Source: Mantamonas sphyraenae STR306
Lineage: Eukaryota > Protista > CRuMs
Reading direction: 5' to 3'
Assembly: GCA_026936335.1 (NCBI GenBank)
Contig: JAPMXV010000073.1
Location: 124,001 to 188,000, forward strand
Length of the DNA: 64,000 bases
Under the pieces are notes generated by a model, which was not told where the DNA came from, ran no database searches, and was given only the letters and a program-made list of their open reading frames with translations. Both the position numbers and the translations under genes were made by a program. This document shows, piece by piece, positions 1 to 10,433 of this stretch (the stretch's first letter is position 1; each line of letters starts with the position of its first letter).

Positions 1-116
1 TTGATGGGCCTTTCTCTCTCTCTCCCTCTCTCTCACCCGGTGTCTCTCGTGTGTGTGTTGCAAATGCTCTCTCTCTCTCTCTCCTCACCTCCTCCCCACT
101 TCCCTTCGAATGTGCT

Positions 117-1226
117 TCACTTGCTGCTCTCTTCCGTGAGCGAGTCGATGAGCTCCTGGAGCGGGGCGAGCTCCTTGGTGTCGACGAGGGAAAACTCGTC
201 GAGGAAGAAGTAAAAGTGTTTGAAGCAGGTGTTCAGGTGTGCCTCCTCACCCAGGGAGCAGATCTTCTGGAAGTGAGAGTAGTAAATGTGGGCGTAGACG
301 CGGAAGAGACGCTTGAAAATGTTGCCCACAATGGTTTGGAAGTTCTTGGGAAAGGCCACATCCACCTTGGACGGGAAGATGTCCTCGTCGTCCAGCTGGT
401 CCTGCACCCATGTCATCAGGTAGTCCACATACTCGGGTGCACTCACTTTGATTGCCTTTTTGATCTTGACCCCATCCGCCCACAGGTACTCGTACTTTTG
501 CCCTGCGCTCATCACCGGGCACGACTCCGGTGTGCAAAACTCTGTGATCGACCCGTACAGCAGGTTGATTTGGTTGAAAAAGTCAACCGCTGCATGGGTG
601 AGGATGTGTGTAACAGGATGTGTGTGTGCGTGTACGTGTGCGTGAGTGTGTGCAGTGTTTGTGTCGGTGTGGGGAAGGCGTTTGGGTTTGCGGGAAAACG
701 TGCCCAAGGCCAAGCCCTCTTTGGCTCCTGCCGCCCTTTGCAAACGCACTATTGACTGCCAGCCATTCGTTCAGATCCTCTCCTTCGGGCAGCGTGACGG
801 CAGCTCGCAGGTTGCCCGAACCAAGCGTGGCCTTGGCCTGCTTGTGCAACTCATAGCGCTTGGTGCCGATCTGGAAATTCTTCTTTGGTTTGAACGTCTT
901 GCTTTGGTTGCCACTGCAAGTCACGACACACCGTGTCAGCACACAGAGAGAGAGAGAGAGAGAAAGGGAGGGAGAGAGGGAGAGAGAGAATGAGGGACCT
1001 TGGAAGCCACCGGTCATCCACACACGAGGTGTGTGTGCATTGGAATGGGACGCGGGAGGCTGGCACGGAGAGAGAGCACATATTTTGCAGCGCGCAGTCA
1101 GGAATTTCCCACTGCGTGGCACAGGAGGGAGCGGGCGTGGGGAGAAACACACGCAGTGGCATGTGGGCACATGTGCATGTGCATGGGTTGACAAACGTAC
1201 AAGAGGCCACCGAGGATGCTGGACAT
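117..1226 (-). CDS. MOB1: MOB kinase activator 1 (3 exons: 1226-1201, 913-750, 589-117)
   Basis: Spliced product MSSILGGLF|[12 protein letters not shown]...[28 protein letters not shown]|[12 protein letters not shown]...[15 protein letters not shown]...[13 protein letters not shown]...[12 protein letters not shown] matches the canonical MOB1 sequence. Both introns are GT-AG (gtacgt/gtgcgt donors) and keep frame. Confidence 0.95.
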
Positions 1227-1295
1227 GTTTTGGGAGGATCGGAATGGTGCCACCTGCGCTGGCGTCGACAAAAAGGTCGCGAGAGCGGGTGCGAA

Positions 1296-3410
1296 ATGAG
1301 TCGGACAGAGGAGACGGGACAGGATGTGGTGTTGCACATCCTGGTGGCTGGGTTCCACCATAAGAAGGGCAACCACGTGGAGTTCATCTACCCGGAGCCC
1401 GGAGGAGGGGGCGGAGGCGGAGCCCAGGCGAATGGCGCGGTGGCCAGCGAGGAGGAGACGACGAAGGAGGAGGAGGAGGAGGCCGGAGGGGACACAGACA
1501 CCGCATCCAATGGGGCAACGGAGGGGGGATTGGGAATGGATCAGGTGGTGGTGGAAGAGGATGCGTCTGTGGTGTTGCCTGTGGCATGGGAGGCGTTACC
1601 GTTCCTTGCGTTGCCCGATGGGGCCCACGCGTACGACGAAGACTACACCTACTTCACGCTGCCCGGGTTGAACACGACCACGGCGGGGCCGGGGACGACG
1701 ACGGTGGCGGCGGCGGAGAACGTGTACTGTGTGTCGTGCTTCCAACAAATCCGCATGGAGGATGTGCCGGAGGAGAAGCGTCGCACGGACTGGAAACGAA
1801 GCAGCATCCAAAAGGCGGTGTGTGTGATTGCCCGCGTGCCCTTCTACGCCACTCTGCGCAACAGTTTGCATGCAATCACACGTGCGTACTTCCACGACCA
1901 TTTTGACGACCTGGCCATGTTGAAGGAGTCGCTGGCCACCATGAATGCCAACATTCTGCGTGCGGTGCACGATCCCTCGCAGCTGTACAACGGCTTCTCC
2001 TACCGTGCCTTTGTGTTGCAATACCAACGCGATGCCCTGGTGCTGTTTAAGCTGTTGCTATTGGAACGCCGTACCCTCATGTATGGTTTGCCCGTGCATC
2101 GTGCCTGTGCCACCGTGCTCACCCTTGCCTCCTTGTTCCCGGGAATCATGGAGCTCAGCATGGAGGCCGGTCTCTCCGACCTCAGCATGGACAGCCGTGT
2201 GGAACAGAGGGACGATGTCCATGCCGTGGGACTGCCTTTGGACTTGTTTGCACGTGACGTGTGTGCCCTGGAGCCGTTGGTGTCGTTGCAACAGTTGGAA
2301 GTGGTGCAAACAGCCCCCGCCTACCTGGCCGGCAGCTCCACCCTCATCATGACCAAGGAACAGGTCATGACCAACGATGTCCTCGTCGACTGTGTCATTG
2401 ACACGCCTCCTCGTCAGCGTGTCGAGGTGCGCACACAGGGATTGCCCGAGGTGTTGACTCTCACCACCAGCGATCGTCGCTGGATCGATGCCCTCGTCGA
2501 TGTCGTGCAGACTCGCTCCTCGGCATCGGGTTCATCATCGTCATCGTCATCGTCATCATCGTCTGAGGGTGACAACGAGGGTGTGGGAGTGCCTGGCGCT
2601 GCGTTTCACGACTCTGTGTTTGAAGGCAGCGAGGATTGGGTGCGTGCCCAGTTTCGTGCATACATGCATGGGTTCTTGCAGCACGTGGCACAAGTGGGGG
2701 CCACCCTGCACAGGGACACACATGCCATGTTGGGTGAGGATGCACCACGGTCCATCATTCCATACGAATTCCCAACAGACTCGGTTTCCCTGGCCCCGCT
2801 CGCCGATTACAACCTCTCCTACGTGCGCACCTGGATAGCATCCACCTCCAACTTTCAGCAGTGGATGGCTCAGTTGCCCGAGGATGCACAGCAGTTTCTC
2901 GACATGGAACCCTGTGTGCATCCCGGCCGTGGATTGGCCGGTTCGGGATTTCTGGCTGATCTCGAGGGTGGTTTGAAGGACGTTGGCAGGGGCGTGGGTG
3001 CCATGGTCGACGATGTGGGCTCATGGGCCGAAGGCATGGGTAAAGGCTTGTCTGTGGGTGTCAGCAAAATGTTCCGTAGTGCCAGTGGCAAGGGACAGGG
3101 ACAGGGACAGCAGCATCAGCAGCAGGGAGGAGGCACCTTTGTGATCCCCCCACAGGAGACCGGACAGGAAGAGGGACGGGAAGAGGGACAGCAGCAGCAG
3201 CAGCAGCAGCAGCAAGAAGGAGGTGTGGAAGAGGCACTGTTGGACAAGGTGGGGTCGTGGTGGGGCAAGGTCACGTTGAGTTTCGGGGGAGGGTCCGCAG
3301 AGGCCAAGAGTGGGGGTGCAGCAGAGGAAACACAGGCGGGTGGTGGTGGTGGCCAGCAGGACAACAAGCAAGGGCAGGTGGGTGTGGATGAGAGTGGCAA
3401 TGTGAGGTAG
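1296..3410 (+). CDS. AVL9: AVL9-like DENN-related late secretory pathway protein
   Basis: Motifs [74 protein letters not shown] and [12 protein letters not shown] are AVL9-like. Start assigned to ATG 1296 within ORF 933..3410. Confidence 0.88.
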   Translation: MSRTEETGQDVVLHILVAGFHHKKGNHVEFIYPEPGGGGGGGAQANGAVASEEETTKEEEEEAGGDTDTASNGATEGGLGMDQVVVEEDASVVLPVAWEALPFLALPDGAHAYDEDYTYFTLPGLNTTTAGPGTTTVAAAENVYCVSCFQQIRMEDVPEEKRRTDWKRSSIQKAVCVIARVPFYATLRNSLHAITRAYFHDHFDDLAMLKESLATMNANILRAVHDPSQLYNGFSYRAFVLQYQRDALVLFKLLLLERRTLMYGLPVHRACATVLTLASLFPGIMELSMEAGLSDLSMDSRVEQRDDVHAVGLPLDLFARDVCALEPLVSLQQLEVVQTAPAYLAGSSTLIMTKEQVMTNDVLVDCVIDTPPRQRVEVRTQGLPEVLTLTTSDRRWIDALVDVVQTRSSASGSSSSSSSSSSSEGDNEGVGVPGAAFHDSVFEGSEDWVRAQFRAYMHGFLQHVAQVGATLHRDTHAMLGEDAPRSIIPYEFPTDSVSLAPLADYNLSYVRTWIASTSNFQQWMAQLPEDAQQFLDMEPCVHPGRGLAGSGFLADLEGGLKDVGRGVGAMVDDVGSWAEGMGKGLSVGVSKMFRSASGKGQGQGQQHQQQGGGTFVIPPQETGQEEGREEGQQQQQQQQQEGGVEEALLDKVGSWWGKVTLSFGGGSAEAKSGGAAEETQAGGGGGQQDNKQGQVGVDESGNVR

Positions 3411-3458
3411 GGCCAGCGCAGGTCGAAGCACAGGAACGCAACACCACGAACAAACACG

Positions 3459-5794
3459 ATGAGTTTGCTTGACACCCTTACCGAGTTGCCTCCTGCCAAA
3501 CAGGCAGCGTACCTTGTGGTTGCCCTTGTGGTCATCTACGTGGTGGTCACCAAGTTGCTCTCCAAGAACAACAAGAAGCGGGCTGTGCGCAGGCGTCAGG
3601 CCATGCCCCTGCCCAAGGCTGACACGGACGGCGTCAAGATCTACCGCGCCGTCAGCAACGCCGGCAGCAGGCCCAAGCCCATTGACGAGCTCCTCGTCAC
3701 CCTCTACCCAGAGGTCACCACCCTTTACGAGGGCTTCCAGTACGTTTGCATGCGCCCATTTGTCCCGCGGGGGGGTGGCATTGCATCGGCAGGCAATCAT
3801 CACTCCGGCCCTCCCACTCACACCCTTTTTTCCTGCAAACGCACAGGCGCGGTCTGCGTGCCTCTCCCGACGGCGACTGCCTCGGCACACGCGCCGGCGA
3901 CGGCCCCTACACCTGGCTGTCCTACAAGCAGGTCAACGAACGCCTCACCAACCTCGGTTCCGCCCTTTACAACGAGCTGGGGCTGCGTCCCGTAAGTGCG
4001 CGCACAAATTTTAGTGATGATTGCTTTTTTCCCGCGTTTTGGCAACCTGCGCCCGCGTTTTTGCCGCATGGCATCCATCTAACCCTTCATCCGCCTCCAC
4101 CACCCCTTGTTTTGGGACACTTGTGTGTTGTTGTTGTTGTTGCGCACGCCATGGTACAGGGTGACAAGGTGGGCATTTACTCGCAGAACCGTGCGGAGTG
4201 GGTGCTGACGGAGCAGGCATGCAACGCCTACTCGTGGACTGTGGTGCCTCTGTACGACACCCTGGGCACAGAGGCGGTGCAGTATGTGCTGAACCTGACC
4301 GAGCTGAGCGTGGTGGTGTGCTCGGCAGAGAACATCGACGCGCTGCTGGAGAACGCAGGCAACGACAACAACCTGACCACGATTGTCAGCATGGACCCTG
4401 TGGACAAGGCCAAGGTGGCTGAGGCCTCCAAGGTGAACATCAACCTGCTCACCATGGCGGCCCTGGAAACGATGGGCAAGGCCAACGTGGTGGATCACCA
4501 ACCGCCTGCGCCCGAGGACCTGGCAACCATTTGCTTCACGTCGGGCACCACGGGCAACCCCAAGGGGGCCATGCTGAACCACCGTTGCATGATTGCAGAC
4601 ATCAGTGGCGTGCTTGCCACGGGCTTTATGATGTACAAGGACGACGTGCACATCTCGTACCTGCCGCTGGCACACATGTTTGAGCGTCTGGTGGAAGGAG
4701 GCATGTTCATGCACGGTGCCGCCGTGGGCTTCTTCCGCGGTGACATCAAGCTGTTGTTTGACGACATCCAAACCCTGCGTCCCACGGTGTTCCCCTCGGT
4801 GCCTCGTCTGTACAACCGCCTGTACGACAAGGTGACGGCGGCCATGAACGCGTCGCCCGTGCGCAAGTGGCTGTTTGAGACGGGTCTCAAGGCCAAGCAG
4901 GAGGGCTTGAAGAACGGCGAGCTGACCCATTGGCTGTGGGATCGTCTGCTGTTTGGCAAGGTGGCTGCCAAGCTGGGCGGACGCGTGCGTGTGATGGCCA
5001 CGGGATCGGCGCCGATTTCGCCGGATCTGATGGCCTTTCTGCGTTGCTGCTTCTCCTGCCAGGTGCACGAGGGCTACGGACAGACGGAGACGGCGGCGGC
5101 GGCGACGGTGACGCTGGAGAACGACTTTGTGGTGGGTCACGTGGGACCGCCGCTGTCGTGTGTGGAGATCAAGCTGGTGCCTGTGCCGGAGATGGGCTAT
5201 GGCAAGGGCGGCAAGAAGGGAGGCGAGGTGTGCTTCCGTGGTCCCTGCGTGTTCCAGGGCTATTACCGCAACGAGAAGAAGACGGCGGAGGCGTTGGACG
5301 AGGACGGCTGGTTGCACTCGGGTGACATTGGCGAGTGGACCACGGTCGGTTGCCTCAAGATCACCGATCGTGTCAAGCACATCTTCAAGCTGTCGCAGGG
5401 CGAGTACGTGGCCCCGGAGAAGCTGGAGCAGGTGTATGTGCGCTCGCAGTACGTGGCCCAGATGTTTGTCACCGGCGTGTCGGTGCAGCCGTACCTGGTG
5501 GCTGTGGCCGTGCTGGACGAGGAGCAACTGGACGCCCTGCGCAAGGCATCGGGTGCCAAGGGAGATCTCCAGGCCTTGTGTGACAGCCCCGCCGTCAACA
5601 AGACCCTGCTGGACGACTTTAACGCCCTGCACAAGGAAGCCAAGCTCAAGGGCTTTGAGCGCATCAAGAAGGTGTACGTGCACGGCGAGCTGTTCTCGGT
5701 GGACAACGACCTCCTCACGCCCACCTTTAAGAACAAGCGTCCCAAGCTGCGCGACTTTTTTGCCGAGCAGATCGACGCCATGTACGCCGAGTGA
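3459..5794 (+). CDS. Long-chain fatty acyl-CoA synthetase (ACSL/LACS type); exons 3459-3739, 3847-3991, 4160-5794
   Basis: N-terminal membrane anchor, AMP-binding TICFTSGTTGNPKG, SYLPLAHMFER, EGYGQTET and GWLHSGDIG..DRVKHIFKLSQGEYVAPEK. Two GT-AG introns join the frames. Confidence 0.93.
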
Positions 5795-5830
5795 TGGGGT
5801 AGGACGGTGTCACTGGCGATCAGTCATCCT

Positions 5831-5926
5831 TGGAAATCAAAACCAGAGTTCCCACCCCACACGTACACACACACACACACACACACAAACATTGATTCAG
5901 TGACGAGGATGGTGACGGTGCGTTGG
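5831..5926. repeat. Direct repeat, left copy (~100 bp incl. CA microsatellite)
   Basis: cagagttcccacccc-(CA)n-caaacattgattcagtgacgagg(a/g)tggtgacggtgcgttgg recurs at 7531-7646. Confidence 0.9.
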
Positions 5927-5939
5927 CGACCCCAACACG

Positions 5940-7352
5940 ATGCAACGCACAGGTGGGGCAGGGTTTGGCAAGAAGAGTTCATCTGAGGCCGGGAACGCAG
6001 GGCGGGGTGGCTTTGGTCGCAACCCTTCCTCTTCTTCCTCCTCTTCCTCCTCTTCCTCCTCCTCGGGTCGCCGTCCACGCAAACGGATGCCCCAAAGACA
6101 ACAAGAGCCGGCACTGAAAACTGCCGTGCGCAGGGGGAGCATGGACACAGTGCAGCAGCTTCTGGACAAGGGTGAACTGGAAGCAACCAGTGATGAAGAT
6201 GCATGTGACCTGTTCACCATCGCTGTGCTCCGGGGCCACGTGGCTGTCGCGGAACTGTTGATGTCGCACGGGGTCACTCTCCACGGCCGTGGCACCGAAC
6301 CGATGCGACTGTGGGACAACCTGGCCCCATCCGAGGAGAAGCAACAATTGGGGTTGCTTCTGGCGCGAGCAGGTGTGGATGTGCACGAGGTGAACCTTGG
6401 CAACGAGCCGCAGGGGGTGGCGATTGCCGCGACCGCAGTCGACGTGGCAAGGATGCCCATTTCATCGATCCCACTGGCCAGATCGGATCAGGGGGAATTG
6501 GATATGAGCCAGCTCAGTGCCAGCATGAAGAAGCGTCCATGGATGGTGGACCAGGTGTGGGCAAGGAACATCACCCTGCAACCAGGCGACCCCATGGAGG
6601 TGTTTGTGTCCCAGCTCCATTCACTGCACTTGCAAGGCAGCGTGTTGGATCGTGTGGCATGGGACCATCTCAAGAGTGGCCTTTTGCAGGCTCAGTGTCC
6701 TGTGCGTGTGCTGGGGTTGCCAAGCGACGGGGTTCCACATGATGTCATGTCTGTGCTGCGACAGTGCCTGACCGTGGGTCCATGGGCTCGTTTGGAGGTT
6801 CTCATGGTGGCGGGTATCCACGACACAGACTTGGATGAGTGCAACTGGCATGTGTGTGATGTCCAGGGGGTCGACAAGCAGAACGCGATCTTGACACGAA
6901 ACTGCGAGGCTGCAGGACGGCTGCGCGTTGCAGCCGAGCAATTGGATTTGGATCAGGTGCGTGAACTTGTGGCCATGGGCGTGGACATCAACACACGCGG
7001 GGGAAAGGTTGCCAGCAGGACGGTGCTGGAGATTGCGGCTGCCAAGGGGGGTGTCAAGGGTGGCGAATTGGTGCAGCTGGCACGCAAGCTGGGAGCACGA
7101 CGCACCTCTGCGGCGGTTCGAGAAGCCAAAAGACGAATCAATGACACGTGGACACAAAACACACATTGGCTGCGTGGATCACATGCATTGGATCAGACAC
7201 TGGAAACAGCGCTTGCCATCAACTTGGAGGAGCGAGAACGAATGTTTACAGCAGGAGGGATGCATGCGTATGAACCCACAGCTTTGTGGTGCACTGTCCC
7301 AGATGAGGTGATGGAGCGGGTGTTGGGATGGGTGGGATCTGCGTGGGATTGA
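5940..7352 (+). CDS. Ankyrin-like + degenerate LRR + ankyrin + conserved C-terminal tail; divergent relative of the 42-60 kb array
   Basis: Ankyrin-like IAVLRGHVAVAELLMSHGV and ELVAMGVDINTRG..RTVLEIAAAKG. C-terminus HWLRGSHALDQTLETALAINLEERERMFTAGGMHAYEPTALWCTVPDEVMERVLGWV aligns by eye with the array tail HWIGWSGVVDEGMEVALVMNGEEREVMFECGGMEGYEASCEWWTVPDEVMERVLGWM. Confidence 0.8.
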   Translation: MQRTGGAGFGKKSSSEAGNAGRGGFGRNPSSSSSSSSSSSSSGRRPRKRMPQRQQEPALKTAVRRGSMDTVQQLLDKGELEATSDEDACDLFTIAVLRGHVAVAELLMSHGVTLHGRGTEPMRLWDNLAPSEEKQQLGLLLARAGVDVHEVNLGNEPQGVAIAATAVDVARMPISSIPLARSDQGELDMSQLSASMKKRPWMVDQVWARNITLQPGDPMEVFVSQLHSLHLQGSVLDRVAWDHLKSGLLQAQCPVRVLGLPSDGVPHDVMSVLRQCLTVGPWARLEVLMVAGIHDTDLDECNWHVCDVQGVDKQNAILTRNCEAAGRLRVAAEQLDLDQVRELVAMGVDINTRGGKVASRTVLEIAAAKGGVKGGELVQLARKLGARRTSAAVREAKRRINDTWTQNTHWLRGSHALDQTLETALAINLEERERMFTAGGMHAYEPTALWCTVPDEVMERVLGWVGSAWD

Positions 7353-7530
7353 CGCAATCCGCCCCCCCCGTGCACAAGCACTGGTGAGCTTGGCACATTG
7401 ACACTGCCATTGGGGGCATCGGGTGCCCCCATGTGGGACGGGAGGAGGGGTAGGAGATGGAATTTGGCACACATGCAGACGGCAAGGAGGGATTTGCGTC
7501 CATCGTTGTCCCGCGTTCTCGACACTTGAA

Positions 7531-7646
7531 TGGAATCCAAGAAAGCAGAGTTCCCACCCCGCAATCACACACACACACACACACACACACTCTCTCTCTC
7601 TCTCACAAACATTGATTCAGTGACGAGGGTGGTGACGGTGCGTTGG
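7531..7646. repeat. Direct repeat, right copy
   Basis: Near-identical to 5831-5926; the microsatellite differs ((CA)n(CT)n). Lies just upstream of the CDP-alcohol transferase start. Confidence 0.9.
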
Positions 7647-7701
7647 TTGATCCAACCCGGTTCCCCCTTGAAGTGCCCCCCCCCCCCGTTCCCGAACAAG
7701 G

Positions 7702-8821
7702 ATGAGCGCTGTACTGCACTTTGTGGAATCGATGCTGCTGGGATTGATCCCTCTGTATGACAAGTACATGTACACACCCATCCAGCTGCTGTCGGCGCCG
7801 TTTGTGCGTCGCACACCACGCTGGGTGACCCTGTTTGGCACCAAGTATGCATGGTTCACCGCCAACACAGTCACCTATTCTCGCATGTTCCTGATTATTC
7901 CGGTGGCGTTTTGCATCCGGTTTGGAATGAACTGGGCCGTGTTCTGGTTGGTGATCCTCCACGACTACCTGGACCACCTGGACGGCATTGTGGCCAAGGA
8001 GCAGAAGAAGATGTACGGCCAGCTGGACGACCCGCTGCTGGGTTCTTTCAACGACGCATTCGGCGACAAGGTGAGTGAGTGGAAGAGAGGTGAGCGGGCA
8101 GGGGGAGGGTGAACGCGGGAAACGAGACGGCAACTTCCAGAGGCCACCGCGTGGACGACAAAGGGAGCTGACATGCGCACACACACACACACTCACACAC
8201 ACTCACACACACACACGCACACATGGATATGGACAATGGACACGTTGATGGGATGTGGAACCACACATGCACACCCTCACGTATGTGTGTGGTGTGCAGG
8301 TTGTGAACGTGAGCACACTGTACTCGCTGCTACTGCTGCACAACTGGACAGCGGATGTGCCCACATGGCAAACGGTGGTGCATTGGGTGGTGTGTTGGTC
8401 TGTGATTGTGGGTGAATTGGTGTTGGGAGTGGTGCGTGTGCAGGACTACTACACCTCCAAGTACGGCAAGGGATTGGCAGCCACCGGAGTGTCCATCAAC
8501 CTGGCTGCCTCCATGGAAGGCAAACTCAAGGAGAAGCTGGAGTCGGTGGGCATGGCTCTGTTGTGTCTGTCCCACCACGACCCAGTGGGCTTCTTCAACC
8601 AACGCCTGGCTGCTTGGGTCATGCTGGCCATCTCCGTTCGCTTCTCCTACGCCTCCTACCAACACAAGATGGAACAACGTCGCGTGGCACGTGCCTCTGC
8701 CTCTCCAGCCTCACAGGCGGACACGGGCAAGGTGGAGGAAGAGGCAGCAGGCCAAGAGGTGGCGGCAGAGGACAACGACGACAACGCAAGCGTGGCATCC
8801 GCTCATCGCAAGATCGAATGA
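7702..8821 (+). CDS. CDP-alcohol phosphatidyltransferase family protein (exons 7702-8070, 8300-8821)
   Basis: TANTVTYSR, then signature DHLDGIVAK...GSFNDAFGDK (DxxDGxxAR..GxxxDxxxD), and hydrophobic helices. Phase-0 intron gtgagt...tgcag. Confidence 0.85.
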
Positions 8822-8945
8822 GAGAGCGCCAGTGGCCAAGGAAAGGAAAGGAAAAGGAAGGAGGAACATAGGAAGCAGAAGAGAGGATGGGATGGGATGG
8901 GATGGAGTGAGTGAGTGCCCATGCATCGCCAACAAAAAACGGACA

Positions 8946-9857
8946 ATGTCAACGAGCACGGTGGAGGCCATCGCACAGGAGTTGGAGGAACAATCCGAGT
9001 TGGAATTGTTTGCATTTGGGGAGTGCTTTGTGTATGCGGCCAAAGCCACGGGCACATCGATGGCACAGCGGGCACAGGATTGGGGCCTGAAGGACCCGCT
9101 TGCGGTGTGTTCCATCAAGGTGGTCAGCAAGGGCAGCGTCGGGTACATTCGACTGTACGACCTGGACACGGAGGAACTGTTTGCACAGGCGGTGATGGAT
9201 GGCCTGAGCAGTGAGTGTTTGGAACGGACGGCGGACAGCAGCCGGTACTTTGTGTGCCAGGTGCGAAGTGACGACGGCAAGAAAGCCTTTCTGGGCTTCG
9301 GGTTCAGGGACAGGGACAGTAGCGACGCCTTTCTCACCTCCATGGACTTTCATGATCGACATATTAACCTGGAGCGCAGGCGCAAGGAGGAGGCGGACGA
9401 GGACAAGGCGCTGGAGGCCCAGGAAGCGAAAGAGGAAGGGAATGAGCAGCAGCAGCAGCAGGAGAAGGAAGGCAGGAAGCCACGCAAGAAAAAGCACGAT
9501 TTCTCACTCGGGGCTGGGACAATCACCCTGTCTGTGGCAGGGAACAAGGGTCATGAGCCAAAGAAGAGTCCAAGGGGTGGGAAGAGTGGTGGTGGTGGTG
9601 GTGGACTGGGCCTTGCGCCTCCGCCGGAAGAAGGCAGCCCGTTGCACACACGCAAGCATGTCAAGACGACACAAGAGACAAGTGAGACACAGGGGAAGGA
9701 GACAGGGGCACAGGAGGAGGAGAGGGGACAGAGTAGCAGCACGGGCCAGCAGAAGGCAGGGAAGAAGGAGGAAGAGGGGGAGGTGGAGTGGGGGGAATTC
9801 GCAGAGGGGACCAGTGTCGATGTGGAAGAGGGTGATGATGAATGGGCGGCTTTTTGA
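8946..9857 (+). CDS. NECAP: Adaptin ear-binding coat-associated protein (NECAP/PHear domain), intact copy
   Basis: ECFVY, RAQDW, EELFAQ, ERTADSSRYFV, GKKAFLGFGFRDR, DFSL..GTITL, LAPPP and the C-terminal acidic WxxF motif (DDEWAAF). Confidence 0.9.
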   Translation: MSTSTVEAIAQELEEQSELELFAFGECFVYAAKATGTSMAQRAQDWGLKDPLAVCSIKVVSKGSVGYIRLYDLDTEELFAQAVMDGLSSECLERTADSSRYFVCQVRSDDGKKAFLGFGFRDRDSSDAFLTSMDFHDRHINLERRRKEEADEDKALEAQEAKEEGNEQQQQQEKEGRKPRKKKHDFSLGAGTITLSVAGNKGHEPKKSPRGGKSGGGGGGLGLAPPPEEGSPLHTRKHVKTTQETSETQGKETGAQEEERGQSSSTGQQKAGKKEEEGEVEWGEFAEGTSVDVEEGDDEWAAF

Positions 9858-10433
9858 TGCAGCCATCACACACGTGGGCATGGAGTCATCCGGAATGATT
9901 GATGGCCAAATACAGGGCAGGGCATGTGGTGCATCGACCAGTTGACAAGGATGATCCACAACGATGATTCTGCACAAACTGAATCTCATGAGAGGGAACG
10001 TGGGAACACACACAGGCACAGTCCATGGCAGGTCATTTGTGTGGCCAATTGGACATGGCACAGAGGATGGTGGGTGGGAAGGACGAAGTGGATGAATAGG
10101 GCAGTTGGGGATGGTGATGGGGGTTGATGAATGGCAGAGTTGGATGCGTGATTGAGTCACACATGAGCAGGGAACAACAATGGTTTTCCGTTGCGGATGA
10201 CCATGGATGAGGGAGTGCTGCGCATGGGTGACCACACTTTTCCTGTACAAGTAACGGTAGGTGGGAATGGCCATGGAGGGTTGGAAAGGGAGAGAGGGGT
10301 TGTGTGTGTGTGATTGTGTGTGTGTGTGCGTGTGGTGGGGGAAGGGTCTTTGGGTTTTGGGAGGAAACCCTCTCGCGTCACACCCAAGTCGTTGGCTGCT
10401 TGCTCACGAGGTGGGCGAACAGACACGAGTACG

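Noticed and set aside
933-1295. N-terminal extension of the AVL9 ORF
   Set aside because: Overlaps MOB1 exon 1 and intron 1 on the other strand and consists partly of GA microsatellite; AVL9-like sequence begins after ATG 1296.
5831-7646. LTR retrotransposon interpretation of the direct repeats
   Set aside because: No gag, RT, integrase or primer-binding site seen, and the repeats lack clear TG...CA termini; kept only as a duplication/insertion signature.
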